A stretch of DNA of 60,188 nt, the filler included, from Hausera hauseri (Eukaryota), in NCBI GenBank assembly GCA_046269625.1. It is 11 parts of 11 records of this genome, joined end to end, with 100 filler letters (N's around TTAATTAATTAA, not from the genome) between each part and the next. Parts side by side here need not be neighbours in the genome. Positions count along the whole stretch, not along the records: positions 45,960 to 54,966 come from JBJURY010487686.1; positions 55,067 to 60,188 come from JBJURY010329271.1; 9 more parts are not named here. One strand, 5' to 3'. The position numbers and the translations under genes were made by a program. The number at the start of each line of letters is the position of its first letter. The stretch's first letter is position 1. The notes under the pieces were generated by a model that searched no databases, was not told the DNA's origin, and saw only the letters and a list, made by a program, of their open reading frames with translations. Shown here in pieces: positions 45,961 through 58,049 of this stretch.

Positions 45961-47475
45961 ATGTTATATTACTTGCGCCTTGATGTATACCTGTTAGCAG
46001 ACATTTTTCAAGCATTTCGAAATAAATCAATTCAAGAAGATAGTTTAGAGCCACTCTGTTTTCTTTCATTACCGGGGATGAGTTGGTCAAGTGCTCTAAA
46101 AACACTGACAGAACCATTGGATTTACTACAGGATTCGGAAATGTATAAATTTTTCAGTCGAGGCATTCGCGGTGGAATGAGCTTCGTCAATACTCATTAT
46201 ACTAAATCAGATGACAAAACGAGCCTATTGTACATTGATATCAACAATTTGTACGGATGGGCCCTCTCTCAGCCTTTACCATGCAGTGACTTTTCATGGA
46301 TAATCGATGACGGATTGGAGCAAACGTGTATGAGTTTACTTCAGTTGGACACAGTTGCGTCAGAATATGGATACACAATGGAAGTGGATTTAGTTATTCC
46401 GAATGAGCAGCATGACAAACTAGATCAATTACCACTGGCTCCCGAATTTAAATGTCCACCAAACAGCAAGGTGAAAAAATTGCTTTTGTCGCATACTCCG
46501 AAATTTAACTATATAATACATTGGAGACTACTTCAATGCTTCATCAATTTAGGAGCTCATGTAATTAAAGTACATCGAATATTAAAATATCGTCAAGCAA
46601 ACGTATTTGCAAATTATATAAATTTTAATTCTCAACAACGTGCATCTTCCTCGTCAAAGTTTGATAAGGATTTTTATAAACTCAAGAATAATTCACTTTA
46701 CGGAAAAACAGTAGAGAATCTTCTCAATAGATTGAATATTCGTCTTTGTAATAATGAGAAGCAATTTATGACTTATACCAGTCAATACGGTTTTAAACGC
46801 AGCATGTACATTGCAGATAGTTTGGTAGCTATTTTACTTAACCGTACTTCAGTATGTTTGGATCGACCCATTTACATCGGTGAGACAGTATTGGACTTGA
46901 GTAAACTCCGCATGTATGAACTACAGTACAAGGAATTGGAATCATACCGACGAGATTTCAACTGTGACATAGACATTATTGCTGGTGATACTGATAGTTT
47001 TTTTCTCCGTTGCCGTAACATTAATAAATTAGAATTACTACAAAAGATGCAACAGGATAAACTACTGGATACAAGTAATTACCCCTCTGACCACATTCTG
47101 TTTTCCACTACTTTTACCAATCAAATAGGATTATTCAAGGATGAAGGGCATGGTGATGAGTTTGATGAGGCTGTGTTCCTAAATACTAAATGTTACAGTT
47201 TACATCGATCTGGTACGGGACAAATGCGCGCAAAAGGCGTAATTCTCAAACAGACATCAATAAATCATAATGATTACCTTAAAGTCTATAATGATGGTGT
47301 GACGCTTAATGTTGATCAGACAACTTTTCAGTCCGTTAATCACCAGATACATACGGTAAAACGTATGAAACGGGCACTAACTATATTTGAAAATAAACGA
47401 CATTGGACGAGTCGTAATACTTCTTTAGCTTATGGTCACTGGAGGCTTAACAATATTAATATTAATATTAACTAA
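45961..47475 (+). CDS. Protein-primed PolB, intact C-terminal 504 aa (5' end cut by the contig edge)
   Basis: GIRGG, DINNLYGWA, KNNSLYGKTVEN, GDTDSFF, GLFKDE, KCYS, AKGV, AYGHW; no disruptions. Confidence 0.95.
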   Translation: MLYYLRLDVYLLADIFQAFRNKSIQEDSLEPLCFLSLPGMSWSSALKTLTEPLDLLQDSEMYKFFSRGIRGGMSFVNTHYTKSDDKTSLLYIDINNLYGWALSQPLPCSDFSWIIDDGLEQTCMSLLQLDTVASEYGYTMEVDLVIPNEQHDKLDQLPLAPEFKCPPNSKVKKLLLSHTPKFNYIIHWRLLQCFINLGAHVIKVHRILKYRQANVFANYINFNSQQRASSSSKFDKDFYKLKNNSLYGKTVENLLNRLNIRLCNNEKQFMTYTSQYGFKRSMYIADSLVAILLNRTSVCLDRPIYIGETVLDLSKLRMYELQYKELESYRRDFNCDIDIIAGDTDSFFLRCRNINKLELLQKMQQDKLLDTSNYPSDHILFSTTFTNQIGLFKDEGHGDEFDEAVFLNTKCYSLHRSGTGQMRAKGVILKQTSINHNDYLKVYNDGVTLNVDQTTFQSVNHQIHTVKRMKRALTIFENKRHWTSRNTSLAYGHWRLNNINININ

Positions 47476-48043
47476 TTATTACTATTATGACAGTTAAAAT
47501 TATTACGTATTTTTCTCGCGAATTTGCTCCTTGATGAGATAAAAATGAAGAAGAAGAATATCAATGATGCAGACAATAACTGAATAAACATTTTTTCTTC
47601 TCAATAAATGTGTTAGACTTTATTTTGCAATGTTTTGGATTTTTCATTGGAAATTTAACCTTAAATGTTATCATTCTAACTGCTTTTATGTTTTAAATTT
47701 AAATTGTATATTATTATCAAATATGACATTTTAATATATTAACTTTTAACGAAATGGTATTACTAATTAATACTAGGCAGACACTAATTAAAAAAAATAT
47801 TACTACTGGACAATAGTATACGTTTTCGGATAAAAAAACAAAAACAACATTTTAATATGTGTCAACAACTAGTATAAAGACAAATTAGACTTTATAATGT
47901 AAATTTGAAAAGTTCAATCTTATAACAATAAACAAACAAAACCATATTTGGACAATTTGACAACACACATAAAAAATAACGTTTTGCATCATATATATGT
48001 CAGTTTCATTTCACATAATTTTAATCTGAATAAGTTAACAACT

Positions 48044-48513
48044 ATGGAACAAGAAAAAGAACAACAACAATGTCTCAATGCTAATGTGATTACAAAAGAG
48101 AATCCAACATCATCTTCTCAATTCAAACCGACAAAAATGTATTTCGGATACCATATCAATTTCTTGAAATATCCAGTTTCTGTAAAATTTGAAAATCCAA
48201 TCACACTTAAAACATGTAAGTTTGGGTATTTGCTCAAGGATGTTAATGACGATGATTTGATCTCCCTGGATGAGGTACTAAACGATATGGCATTTACGGT
48301 GGCCATTGATCGAGACTCGTTTTTCATAAAAAAATTAATAAATGGGGCATGTTCAATTCCAAAGGAGAACGAATTCGTCACCTGCCAGATGAAACACGAG
48401 TCATGATTGAACTAAAGGTATTAGGATACAAAATGTCCGATACAGGAAAATCATCTCCTATGTTAGAAATTCTAAAAGTGAAAGAATGTGCAATGGATTT
48501 TGCTGATGAGTGA
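48044..48513 (+). pseudogene. Small pPolB-linked protein, homolog of 38747-39163
   Basis: YFGYHINFLK..KFGYLLKDVNDDDL / LKVLGYK..KSSPMLEI; frameshift near 48400; acidic end MDFADE*. Confidence 0.55.
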
Positions 48514-49829
48514 TTTGATGAATACTCGTTTAAGTGATGTGCTATGGACTTTGTTGATTACTCATTTATTAAAATATTTATTAAAATGAATAAATTTACT
48601 GTTTAACTGTTTTAGTTTTTTTATTCCTTCTTTCAATTTTAAATCGACTTTATCTTGATGTCCTGGACATATAATTTATGCTGATATTAAGGCTTTATTA
48701 ATTCCCAGTGATGGTAGTAAAACAAAACATCTACCAATTGCTGCAGGGATGCTGTTAGTTCCGTTAGGAGTTCAATTGCAGTGTACAGTGAATTATCAAT
48801 ACTTTGTTGAAGATCATTCTTATAACAATAATAAAAGAGTTATCACAAGCAAAACCATATTTTGGATAATTTGACAGTACACGAAAAATAACGTTTTGCG
48901 TCATATATGTCAGTTTCATTTCACATAATTTTAATCTAAATAAGTTAACAACTAAGGAACAAGAAGAAGAACGACAACAAAATGTATTTGGATAACACAT
49001 CAATTTATTGAAATATCCATTTTCTATAAAATTCGAAAATCCAATCACTTCTCAATTCAAACCCAAGTGCTACTTATTGATTTTTATTTTTGGAAACAAA
49101 CATTAGAGATATTAAGATTAAAACTAAAAACCATTTCGTGCCGTATTTTAAACCAACAAATGAAGACATAATCAATACTTTTCTCATTGACTAAATTTTA
49201 TTTCACTGTTTAACATCACTTTATTGTATTGACAAAACAGTGAACTTCAATTATTCCAAACAAAATTCGTTATTAGGTTTTGTTTTCATAATGACAAATT
49301 ATGTATATTTTACAGTGTCTACTGAACAAAAATTTTCATTATTCATTCTTGTTTTTTGTGGTTTTTAAAAACATAACCTTTGTCGTAAAATTGTTTTGTG
49401 TAAAATTTGATTGAGTCAACATTTTTTATTTCACACTTTAAAATAGTTTGTTCTCTGGTAATTTAAGGAAATAAAATAGTGTTCTTTCTTAAAAATGATG
49501 GTTTTAAATGTCATGATATCTATTCGATATGATGCTTTACATCATTGTGCGATTCCGTAAATGACCTATGGGGTAGCAAGGAACATTCCTCACCAGCAAT
49601 ACACCAAATAGACTGAAAGTTTGCTACAACATTCATTGTGATTTATTAAAAATGACAAAAAGCCTACATGTGGTAATCCAATTTATCAACAAAATATTTA
49701 AACTTTGAAATCAGAATACTTTTAATATTTACTTAGCTCGGTCCTGAGTAAAATTTTACATTTCTCTTTTATTTTACTTTTGTTTTACCTTGATGAACTC
49801 ATGTTTAGAACGTCGTAACAGTTATGAAT

Positions 49830-51580
49830 TAGCCGTTCGTACGAATGGATATAATAATTACTGCTTAACTGGTGATTGTAATAAAAAATTGCAATAATTT
49901 TTACACATCATTTACTACATGTTTTCTTTTCGAACAAATTGTTTCGCGAAGCCATTTTCACGTTAACCGTAATGCTCAGCTTATAACACGTTACGTACAG
50001 ACCGATTGACCTTGTGGTATCTTTGATCGGTATATTGGTTCCGTTCGTACGGATGGATGGTGACTGAAAAATTACAACATGTTTTTGTTTCGAACATGTT
50101 TAGCGAAGCCATGGTCGTAATGCTCAGCTCATACGTACAGACCTACTGCCCTTGTGGCGGTTTCGATTTTTTACAGCTCATAACACGTTACGATTGCCCT
50201 TGTGGCAGCTTTGAGCGGTTTATTGGTTCATTTATGTGATGTTGTCAATAAAATTCTTTGTTTTACTATGGTGAATGTCTCCGTTCACACGGATGGATGG
50301 TGACTAAAAAATTCCAACTTGTTTTTGTTTCGAACAACACGTTTCGAGAAGCCATGGTGTAATGCTCAGCTCATAACAAGCTACGTACAGACCGACTGCC
50401 TTTATGGCGGCTTTGAGCTCTATCGTTTGCGTCCTTTTCCGATTTTTTTTTTCACAATATGCGTTTTGCATTATTTGATGATGACATATTTTTTCTTTCG
50501 AACAACGCGTTTCGCAAAGCCATGATACTCAGCCCATAACAGGCTATTAACAGACCGATTGCCCTTGTGGCAGCTTTGAGCTGCATTTTTTTAACTGAAC
50601 CACCACCACCACCACAAAACGTTTGCGTTTCAAACAAAAAAAACTTTTTCGATTATGCGTTTTTGCATCATTTGATGATGATGATAGCGTTAGAGAGATT
50701 TTTATTTTTATTGAAAAACTGAACCACAAAACCTTTGCGTTTCACACAAAAACTTTGCGTTTTTGCACCATTTGATGATTTTTTCGAACTTCGAACATTT
50801 GCTTTTTATCAACATGTGTCCCCTCACCAATTTCCTGCAATTCGGGATGGGCTTGGCCCGACGACAATTATGACCAACACAAAATAAATATCTCTCTAAC
50901 AAAAGAAACTCACTCATGAATAATTCTTTTGTTAATATTATCCAGTATGGTAACTTCTACTTTTGTGTTACCGTTATCTTTACATACATACATACATGAT
51001 GAAGAGACCATCCATGTCAAAAAACACATCCTAATTGGAGTCGGAAAACGTTAAACCAACAGCTTGCAGTAATTTTTACACATCATTTACAACGTGTTTT
51101 TGTTTCGAACAACGCGTTTCGCAAAGCACATAACAGGCTATGTACAGACCGATTGCCCTTGTGGCGGCTTTGAGCTGCATTTTTTTTCTAATTATTGAAA
51201 TACTGAACCACAAAACGTTTGCGTCGTTTCACACACACACACAAACTTTGTGAGATTTTTGATTTTGAAAAACTGAACCACCACAAAACGTTTGAGTTTC
51301 AAACAAAAACTTTGCGTTTTTGCATCATTTGATTTTTCCGAACTTCGAACATTTGCTTTTTATCAACAGCAGGTGTCCCCTCATCATCATCATCATCATC
51401 ATCATCATCGAAAAACTGAGTTTGCGTCGTTTCAAACACTTTGTGAGATTTTTGATTTTTGATGAAAAACTGAACCACGAAAACGTTTCACACAAAAACT
51501 TTGCGTTTTTGCATCATTTGATGATTTTTCCGAACTTCGGACATTTGCTCATCATTCTATGCCAATTTCCTGCAATTCGG
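49830..51580. repeat. Mosaic modular repeat array in the Maverick subterminal region
   Basis: Recurring modules: CAGACCGATTGCCCTTGTGGC, TTTCGAACAACGCGTTTCGC, AAAACTGAACCACAAAACGTTT, CATTTGATGATTTTTCCGAACTTCG. Confidence 0.85.
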
Positions 51581-52054
51581 ACTACATTGCTTTTTTTCTT
51601 CTGATTGTCTTCTTTCTTCCGCAATGCACTTTTTCCCCGTTCTTTTTCCCGATTCATCATTCCCCCGACTACGACTACCGGAAACAATCAATGACCGAAC
51701 GTACCGATCGATCCGCTCCGCCACAAGCCCATGTCGGGACCAGACCACTTTTCAATTCTTTATACCGACTCACACATTCACCCCACACCCACGATATTCA
51801 AAGATTCGGAATGGGCTTGACCCCTACGACATTCCATCTCATCTAATGCTGCTCAAATTTTGCTTCTAGAAGAAAGGCGTTTTTTTCTTTCGAGTTTCCT
51901 GACTTTTCCTTTCACTTTTCCCAAAAACCGACTTCACTATTAAACTCCGCTTCGCCGAATTGACCGGAAACCACCCTTAAACCACCCGAATACGACTCAT
52001 AATCGTGGACTTTGGACCCCCCTGGTGTGGAACCGACATATCTACCTACTTACT
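51580..52054. mobile_element. Probable Maverick right terminus
   Basis: GC-richer tract ending CTACCTACTTACT, then an abrupt switch to retroelement-derived sequence. Confidence 0.45.
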
Positions 52055-52326
52055 ATCGTTATTATTTACACATTTTGCACCTATTCAATTACCACCATTA
52101 TTTACAATTCCTTCCACCACATTTGTTAGTCTATTTAAAATCACTTCGATTGTTTATCCATGATTGTTTATCTACAACATTTCTCCTCCCTGAGCAGCAT
52201 CCTCGGATGTGCCTATTGCGTCAGGAAACGTAAAGCCACTATCTGGGCTTCGTAATGCATTTATCCGTTCGCGTAGATCGCTTTGCGAATTATCTAATGA
52301 GGAATTTCGTATTCTAGTATGGTGGT

Positions 52327-52944
52327 TTATCTCCAAGTAATAAGCGGAATTCGGCTGTTTTCTCGGGAAAAATATTTCAGTTGGGATACCTCCGTTCGGC
52401 ATACTGGGCATGCAGTCTTCCCGTTTATCAATATTTATTGTTCCAGACAATCTCGACAATGGCGATGTCGATAGTTTTTATTCGCTAAGACTACATATCC
52501 TTGCCATAGATTTGCTTCACATACTGGACAGAAGTTTTTGGTATCATTGTCCAAATCACAATCCGTGACCCACAGTATTTCTTGGAAAACCAAGGCTTTT
52601 GAAGTTTTATACAGGTAACCATGTAGTCGTTTTTGTTCTGGATCTATCGAGCTTTTCCGGGAACCTCCATTCACAGTGATAAGAGTCCATTCTATTACTT
52701 GTTTGGCATATAGATAGGGAATTCCCATCTTTTTATATTGTCTTTTCATTTCTATTCGTGCCTGGTTATCTACAGGTACTGTCAATCTCTTGGTTCCCGT
52801 CTTTGATTTAAAAATTGGCGTAAGGTATCTTTCTAGTATTGGGTCTATTCTAGCGTACGCGTTTTCGTGAAGTTCCAATTTTGGCATGGCATATACGTAG
52901 AACAAAGCTTCTTTGATTTTTTCATGACTTACGTATTCTGCCAT
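52327..52944 (-). pseudogene. RING-finger protein in the retroelement accessory cassette
   Basis: CPVC...YRHRHCRDCLEQ*ILINGKTACPVCR; the last CxxC pair lies in frame beyond a TAA at 52435-52437. Confidence 0.7.
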
Positions 52945-53449
52945 TATGAAGTTCCGGGGCCACTCTTTTTCGTCGTCGTGGGCTGGTTAGTTTGTGTTCC
53001 CTTTGAATTTTCTCCCTTTTTGCTCAATACATTTACTTCGGTGAGTCTCCCTGACTCTTTCTGTTCGTCTTCGAATGAGTCCTTCTTGATCGGTTTTGTT
53101 TCTTTATCCTTTTTTTTAAAAATTTAAAAATTTGTTTCGCTTTCTTTTCTTTGAGTAGTCTAGGTTTCTTTGGTGACGTTTCTCGGCAATTTTGAGATGT
53201 TTCGGGTATCTTGAATCCGTGCGTAATAATGCTCTGATTAGGGTATATAACCTTTTTGTCTTCTTGATTCGATACGGTAACCTATATACTATTATTTTCT
53301 TTTGGATCTATGAAACGTATTGGGGTATAGGGATGAAATTGTTTACGATGACGGTGATTTAGTTCCTTTGGGCTTGTCGTACTTCGCAAATTTTGTTTGG
53401 GATTCAACGGTGACCATTCATGGTCCAATTTTAGTGTATTATACAAGTC

Positions 53450-54469
53450 TCAGAGATATTGAGTTCGCTGAGAGGCGGATAATTGTCTGTTGATTTTATA
53501 AGGCTTTTCACTCATGGCTTCTAACATCGTTTTAAATTGGGTTTCCATAGTCATCGGAACTGGTCGATTCATATTATCCATTATTTCTTTAATTTTCGGT
53601 TGATTCCAAAATTCGCGTATTCCTGCGATTTTCTCTTGGTTTATTTTTAATTTATCGATTTGCTGTTGAGTTTGAAATCCTGCAATCATGCATCCATGCA
53701 TGAAATGATTTAGTTCCATCTCCACAATTCGAATGTCTTTTCTATTAGTTAAGTCTTCTTCCCTGATTCCAGTTATTTCAGCAAAGGTTTTTTTTATTCT
53801 TTGTCGGGGTGTGATCATCCTATAGTAAATTTCTACTCCGTTCATGTCTCGTAGAAATTTCCATTGGAATTAACATTCCATCATTTCCTGCAAAAGTTGT
53901 TACTATGATGCGGATGCTCCGGCCGTCCTGCACGAATTTATAGTATCCAAAATGCTGTTCTTTCTGTTCTTCCGTTGGGTATTGATGATATATTAAGGAA
54001 GGTAAGTGTACCATTGGAATCTCTTCGTGGGTAATTTCTGACATAATTTTTACGGGTAGTGCTGCGATTCGAAATTCTAACTCATAGTCGCATAAACTCC
54101 TGCTACTCAGTCGGAAAGTGCTAAATTTATACTGTCGTCCTTTTTCCAAATTCCATGGTTGTCCTGTCAATCTATAATATATTTCTGCTTCCGCTAAATG
54201 TATGAACGTATCTCGGTAATATTGTATTTTATATTTTAACAGGTTTCGCATTTGTTTCTCATTGCTTATAATCGTAGTGCTTTATTTTCTTCGGTAATTC
54301 CTTTTAAGTTATTAGGGATTTTGTCCACTTGATCATATCCGACTGATGTTTTTTCCTGTAGTTCTATGTGGATCTGTCGATAGATTGCCTTAGAGTTTGG
54401 GGTTATTACTATAGCATTTTCTTGGAAGAATTTGCCGATATCGGTAGAGGATTTGTTGCTTGCTGCCAT
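53450..54469 (-). pseudogene. Unknown 'IPNNLKG'-family accessory protein (~340 aa), disrupted
   Basis: Three consecutive ORF pieces collinear with 2897-3737. Confidence 0.65.
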
Positions 54470-54579
54470 ATTACTTACCAGTCTGAAATAAAAAGAATAA
54501 TGGTTAATCTTAAGACAGGCTTTGCTTCAAAATGAAACATTTTCGCTGTCTGATGGTACAGTAATTCGATCTGTAATTG

Positions 54580-54966
54580 TCAGGTTATTTTATCATATAA
54601 GTCATTTTGGTATACCACCCTTATTTCTCCATCCTTATTTTTGCGCTGTTTTTTACAAATTTTGGCAATTAAATAAAATGACGCAATTAATATTATTAGA
54701 ACGAACACTGACGTTCCAATGATTGATACAATAGGTAAAGTTGTCAATTCAAATGGTTTCTGTGTTGTTATATATGTAGTATTGGTATTCTCTATGTCTT
54801 GACTTTTTCTCGATTCTGGGTAAACACGTTCCGTTAAGGTATGTAAAGTCATTGTTTGATTATGCTTTTCGGCTGCATTAATTTGTATTATATACTCTGT
54901 CTGAGATTTTAATGAGTTACACTCTATTTGTTGTGCATTCTTTACAAGTATCATTTTTTGTCTACT
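54580..54966 (-). CDS. FN3-like/TM membrane protein, C-terminal part
   Basis: CNSLKSQTEYIIQINA, Thr stalk, TM (IVSIIGTSVFVLIILIASFYLIA), basic stop-transfer residues, YDKIT*. Confidence 0.65.
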   Translation of the reverse strand, partial: SRQKMILVKNAQQIECNSLKSQTEYIIQINAAEKHNQTMTLHTLTERVYPESRKSQDIENTNTTYITTQKPFELTTLPIVSIIGTSVFVLIILIASFYLIAKICKKQRKNKDGEIRVVYQNDLYDKIT

Positions 54967-55829
54967 NNNNNNNNNNNNNNNNNNNNNNNNNNNNNNNNNN
55001 NNNNNNNNNNTTAATTAATTAANNNNNNNNNNNNNNNNNNNNNNNNNNNNNNNNNNNNNNNNNNNNCTAATCAAACTTTGCTCGATGGTAAAACATTATA
55101 CACTTTAGAAACTCCTGAATCTATTAATAATTCAGTTTATTATTATACACTGAATCCAAAAACTCCTTTCTCTCTACTTTATTTTCAACCCCATACTTGT
55201 TGTTTATGCAATTGACCAAATAAAACAACCTATCAATTTAGCTGTTGTAATGCTAAATATTTTCCACATTGGTACCAAATGGAATCACACCAAATACTTA
55301 ATCTATACTCTATGTTACTACTGTCCTACATGCATTTTCATATACTTTCGTCATGCTAGAAGAACTTTGCTCAATGTCACCAATGCATCAATTTCACAAT
55401 TGTTACCAACAAGATATTTCTTACCATTACAGCAGTCGTCGGCCCGAATTGAATTTCCCATTCATCGCTTTCACCAAACAACAATATCAAGATCACCTTC
55501 CATCTTATTCAGAGTACCTAGAACACACAAACGTTTCATCATTGCTGCGACAACCATCTTCTATACCTTATCTTCGTTAGCAAATTGAACAAATAAATGA
55601 CCCATTACCTGTACTATCGTTAGATCCCAACGATTATGCCATTGTATTAATCCTACCAACGAAGCTACATTGACAATCAAACCCAGGTTTAGATCCGACA
55701 CAAATTTCAGATAATATTCCATAGTGTTAACAACAAGAATCGTTTTCTTTATGGATAAGAAAATATGTATTATTACAAAACAATATAAAAGAATTAAATA
55801 ACAACAATTGTTAATGCATTTCAAAAAAA

Positions 55830-56165
55830 CTGGAACATTTATAACTGTTGATATAAAAACTGAGATCCATTCGCATTGGTACCACAATTGGCCATTGACA
55901 GGAGACCAGGTTTTGTGTGCATCTATTTGAAGTTTTCGTCAGCAAACTTCTCACCATCTATGCATTTCCCACCGGTACCATTTCCTTTTGTAAAATCAAC
56001 TCCTTGTAGCATGAAATTTTGGATTACACGGTGGAATTTACTTCCCTTGTACCCAAATCCATTTTCACCAGTACACAAAGCCCGAAAATTCGCAACTGGT
56101 TTTGGAACATCGTCGTACAGCTTAAGAGCAATTCTTCCAAAACTTTTTCCATCAACGGCGATTGT
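55830..56165 (-). pseudogene. Cyclophilin (PPIase) intronless pseudogene fragment
   Basis: [58 protein letters not shown]...[29 protein letters not shown]; not in the ORF track. Confidence 0.92.
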
Positions 56166-56328
56166 TAACAGTCGAATCTAGACACATTTTAAACCACTGA
56201 CTTTTAATACATGCGCTTGAAATTCGTGCCTCATTTGGTGAGGACACGAGTTACGTCCGCGACCGCGGCACTACATAGTAAATTCGGGTATGACGTATTC
56301 CGGGTTAGGAAGAAGTTTCTGCTTATAT

Positions 56329-57260
56329 TTAACTTCGATGTAAAACATTGTCGATCGTTCGGAGTATTCCCTGAGGGTGAGTAAATTGTGGAACTTCAGT
56401 CGTATCGGTTATTCCGATTGAATTGTTTTTGCTTTTTAGCTGGAGTGCCCCTTTTGTTACTGATATGTAGGTTGAGCATATGTAGCCGGATATATCGATT
56501 AAGTCGGACAACAGGACAGATTTGGAAGGGCGCTTCATAATAAGATCTGTCCTGGTATTTACCAAATATCCTTTGAGATTGTTTGGAATCAAGGAGAATT
56601 TTTCAAAATATAAGAAATTTCGATTATTGGTCTGATTTAGGTTGTCAATTATATTATTGTAATAGGAATATGACAATATGATAATTTCGGATCGCTCTTG
56701 AACTAAAAGAAAGAAAATTAATATTGACCCAGGAGATTTATCATAGGAAATGATTCTGTTTTTCATATTTATGTGTCACAAAAAGTTTAGCGGCTCTGTC
56801 TTGTACTTCAGTAGGGAGACATATGCTTTTGTCCGTAAGCGGGCGGATCTGCTTCTTGAGGCCGGTCCGTTTTTCCGCTGACTGTTTATTTACTAATGGC
56901 GCACTTATATTTCCCTACAATTCTTCCTGTGAATTTTCCTTTAATAGTTTAAGTCGTTGTAATATATTTATACTTTTTATTTTCTGTCTTCCTTACGTAA
57001 TATGTTAGGGGGAATAAAATAATGATTATCAGTAGAATGACATTTAGTGTAATTATTATTTCAAAATGTCCTTTTCGGATATTTTCAGGACTTCTTGATG
57101 TGGTCACTTTTTTGATAATTTTGGTCATAATAATTATTTGTTTCAACGTTTTCTCTATCCGATTGACTATTTGTAATTTCTTCCCTTCTTCATCCAATTC
57201 CGTATGTAGGATCCTTTAATTTGTATCAGCCCTTAAAAGTTGCAGGCCGATGTTTGATCT
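56329..57260 (-). pseudogene. Distant third copy of the TM-protein plus 'IPNNLKG' cassette
   Basis: TM ORF 57197-56949 with basic tail, followed by ORF 56766-56329 containing FLYFEKFSLIPNNLKG. Confidence 0.4.
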
Positions 57261-58049
57261 CCTGACATTCTAACTCCTTCACTTATCAACCTGTCGTAAA
57301 GGAAATATTCGAATTTTATGCTAACAGTTTTCAAATCAGGTACCGTAATGACGAGAGTATGTACCGCTAACTACATTGTTATATCTAATTCCTTCATAAC
57401 TTTCTTACAAGGAGAGCTTTAAGGACTGCCTCTCAGATTTTAATCAAATTTTGTATGCGGGTGCTAAAATATGCTAAAAACGATAGTGCCTGTCGCCACT
57501 TTCGAAAACCTTCGACATCGGAGTTTTAAAGCGAAAAATGAAAAAGAAATACACACATAACTGACAATCACTTTTCAATCAATTTGCTTCATAAAGGTGG
57601 CAAAACATTTCGGCAATAAAGTGTTCGAAATAAAGATGTTAAAAATAACAAATAATGGGGAAGGAATTGCACTTCTTCGTTATTATAATACCATTGCTTC
57701 ATGCACTAATTGTACAACCTCCCTTATTACTCATGTCATAGGTATGCAAATTATTCAAACAACCTAAATTAATGCAACCTTTAGAAGCAGCTAATAACTC
57801 TAAAAATAGTTCTCCGTGTCCTTATCACGTGCATTTATCACTAGAACACCATTCAATGATTTATTAATAATTATTAATAATTTGCAATTGTGAAAAACAA
57901 CGTTAACAATATTCTATATTTGTTGAATAAAACGTTTAACTATTCACCCGTACAGACATCAGAATGCCTTAAAGCTGACGAACAGTCATGTTTCTCAGCT
58001 TTAAAAAATATTATCGGAATGTATTCATGTAGGTATTGGTTGTGAGTGA

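Noticed and set aside
39389-47475. Tandem cluster of three DNA polymerase genes
   Set aside because: The three copies sit on three different contigs separated by linkers.
49830-51580. CRISPR-like repeat/spacer appearance
   Set aside because: Repeats are degenerate and irregularly spaced, the 'spacers' are themselves repeats, there are no cas genes, and the context is eukaryotic.
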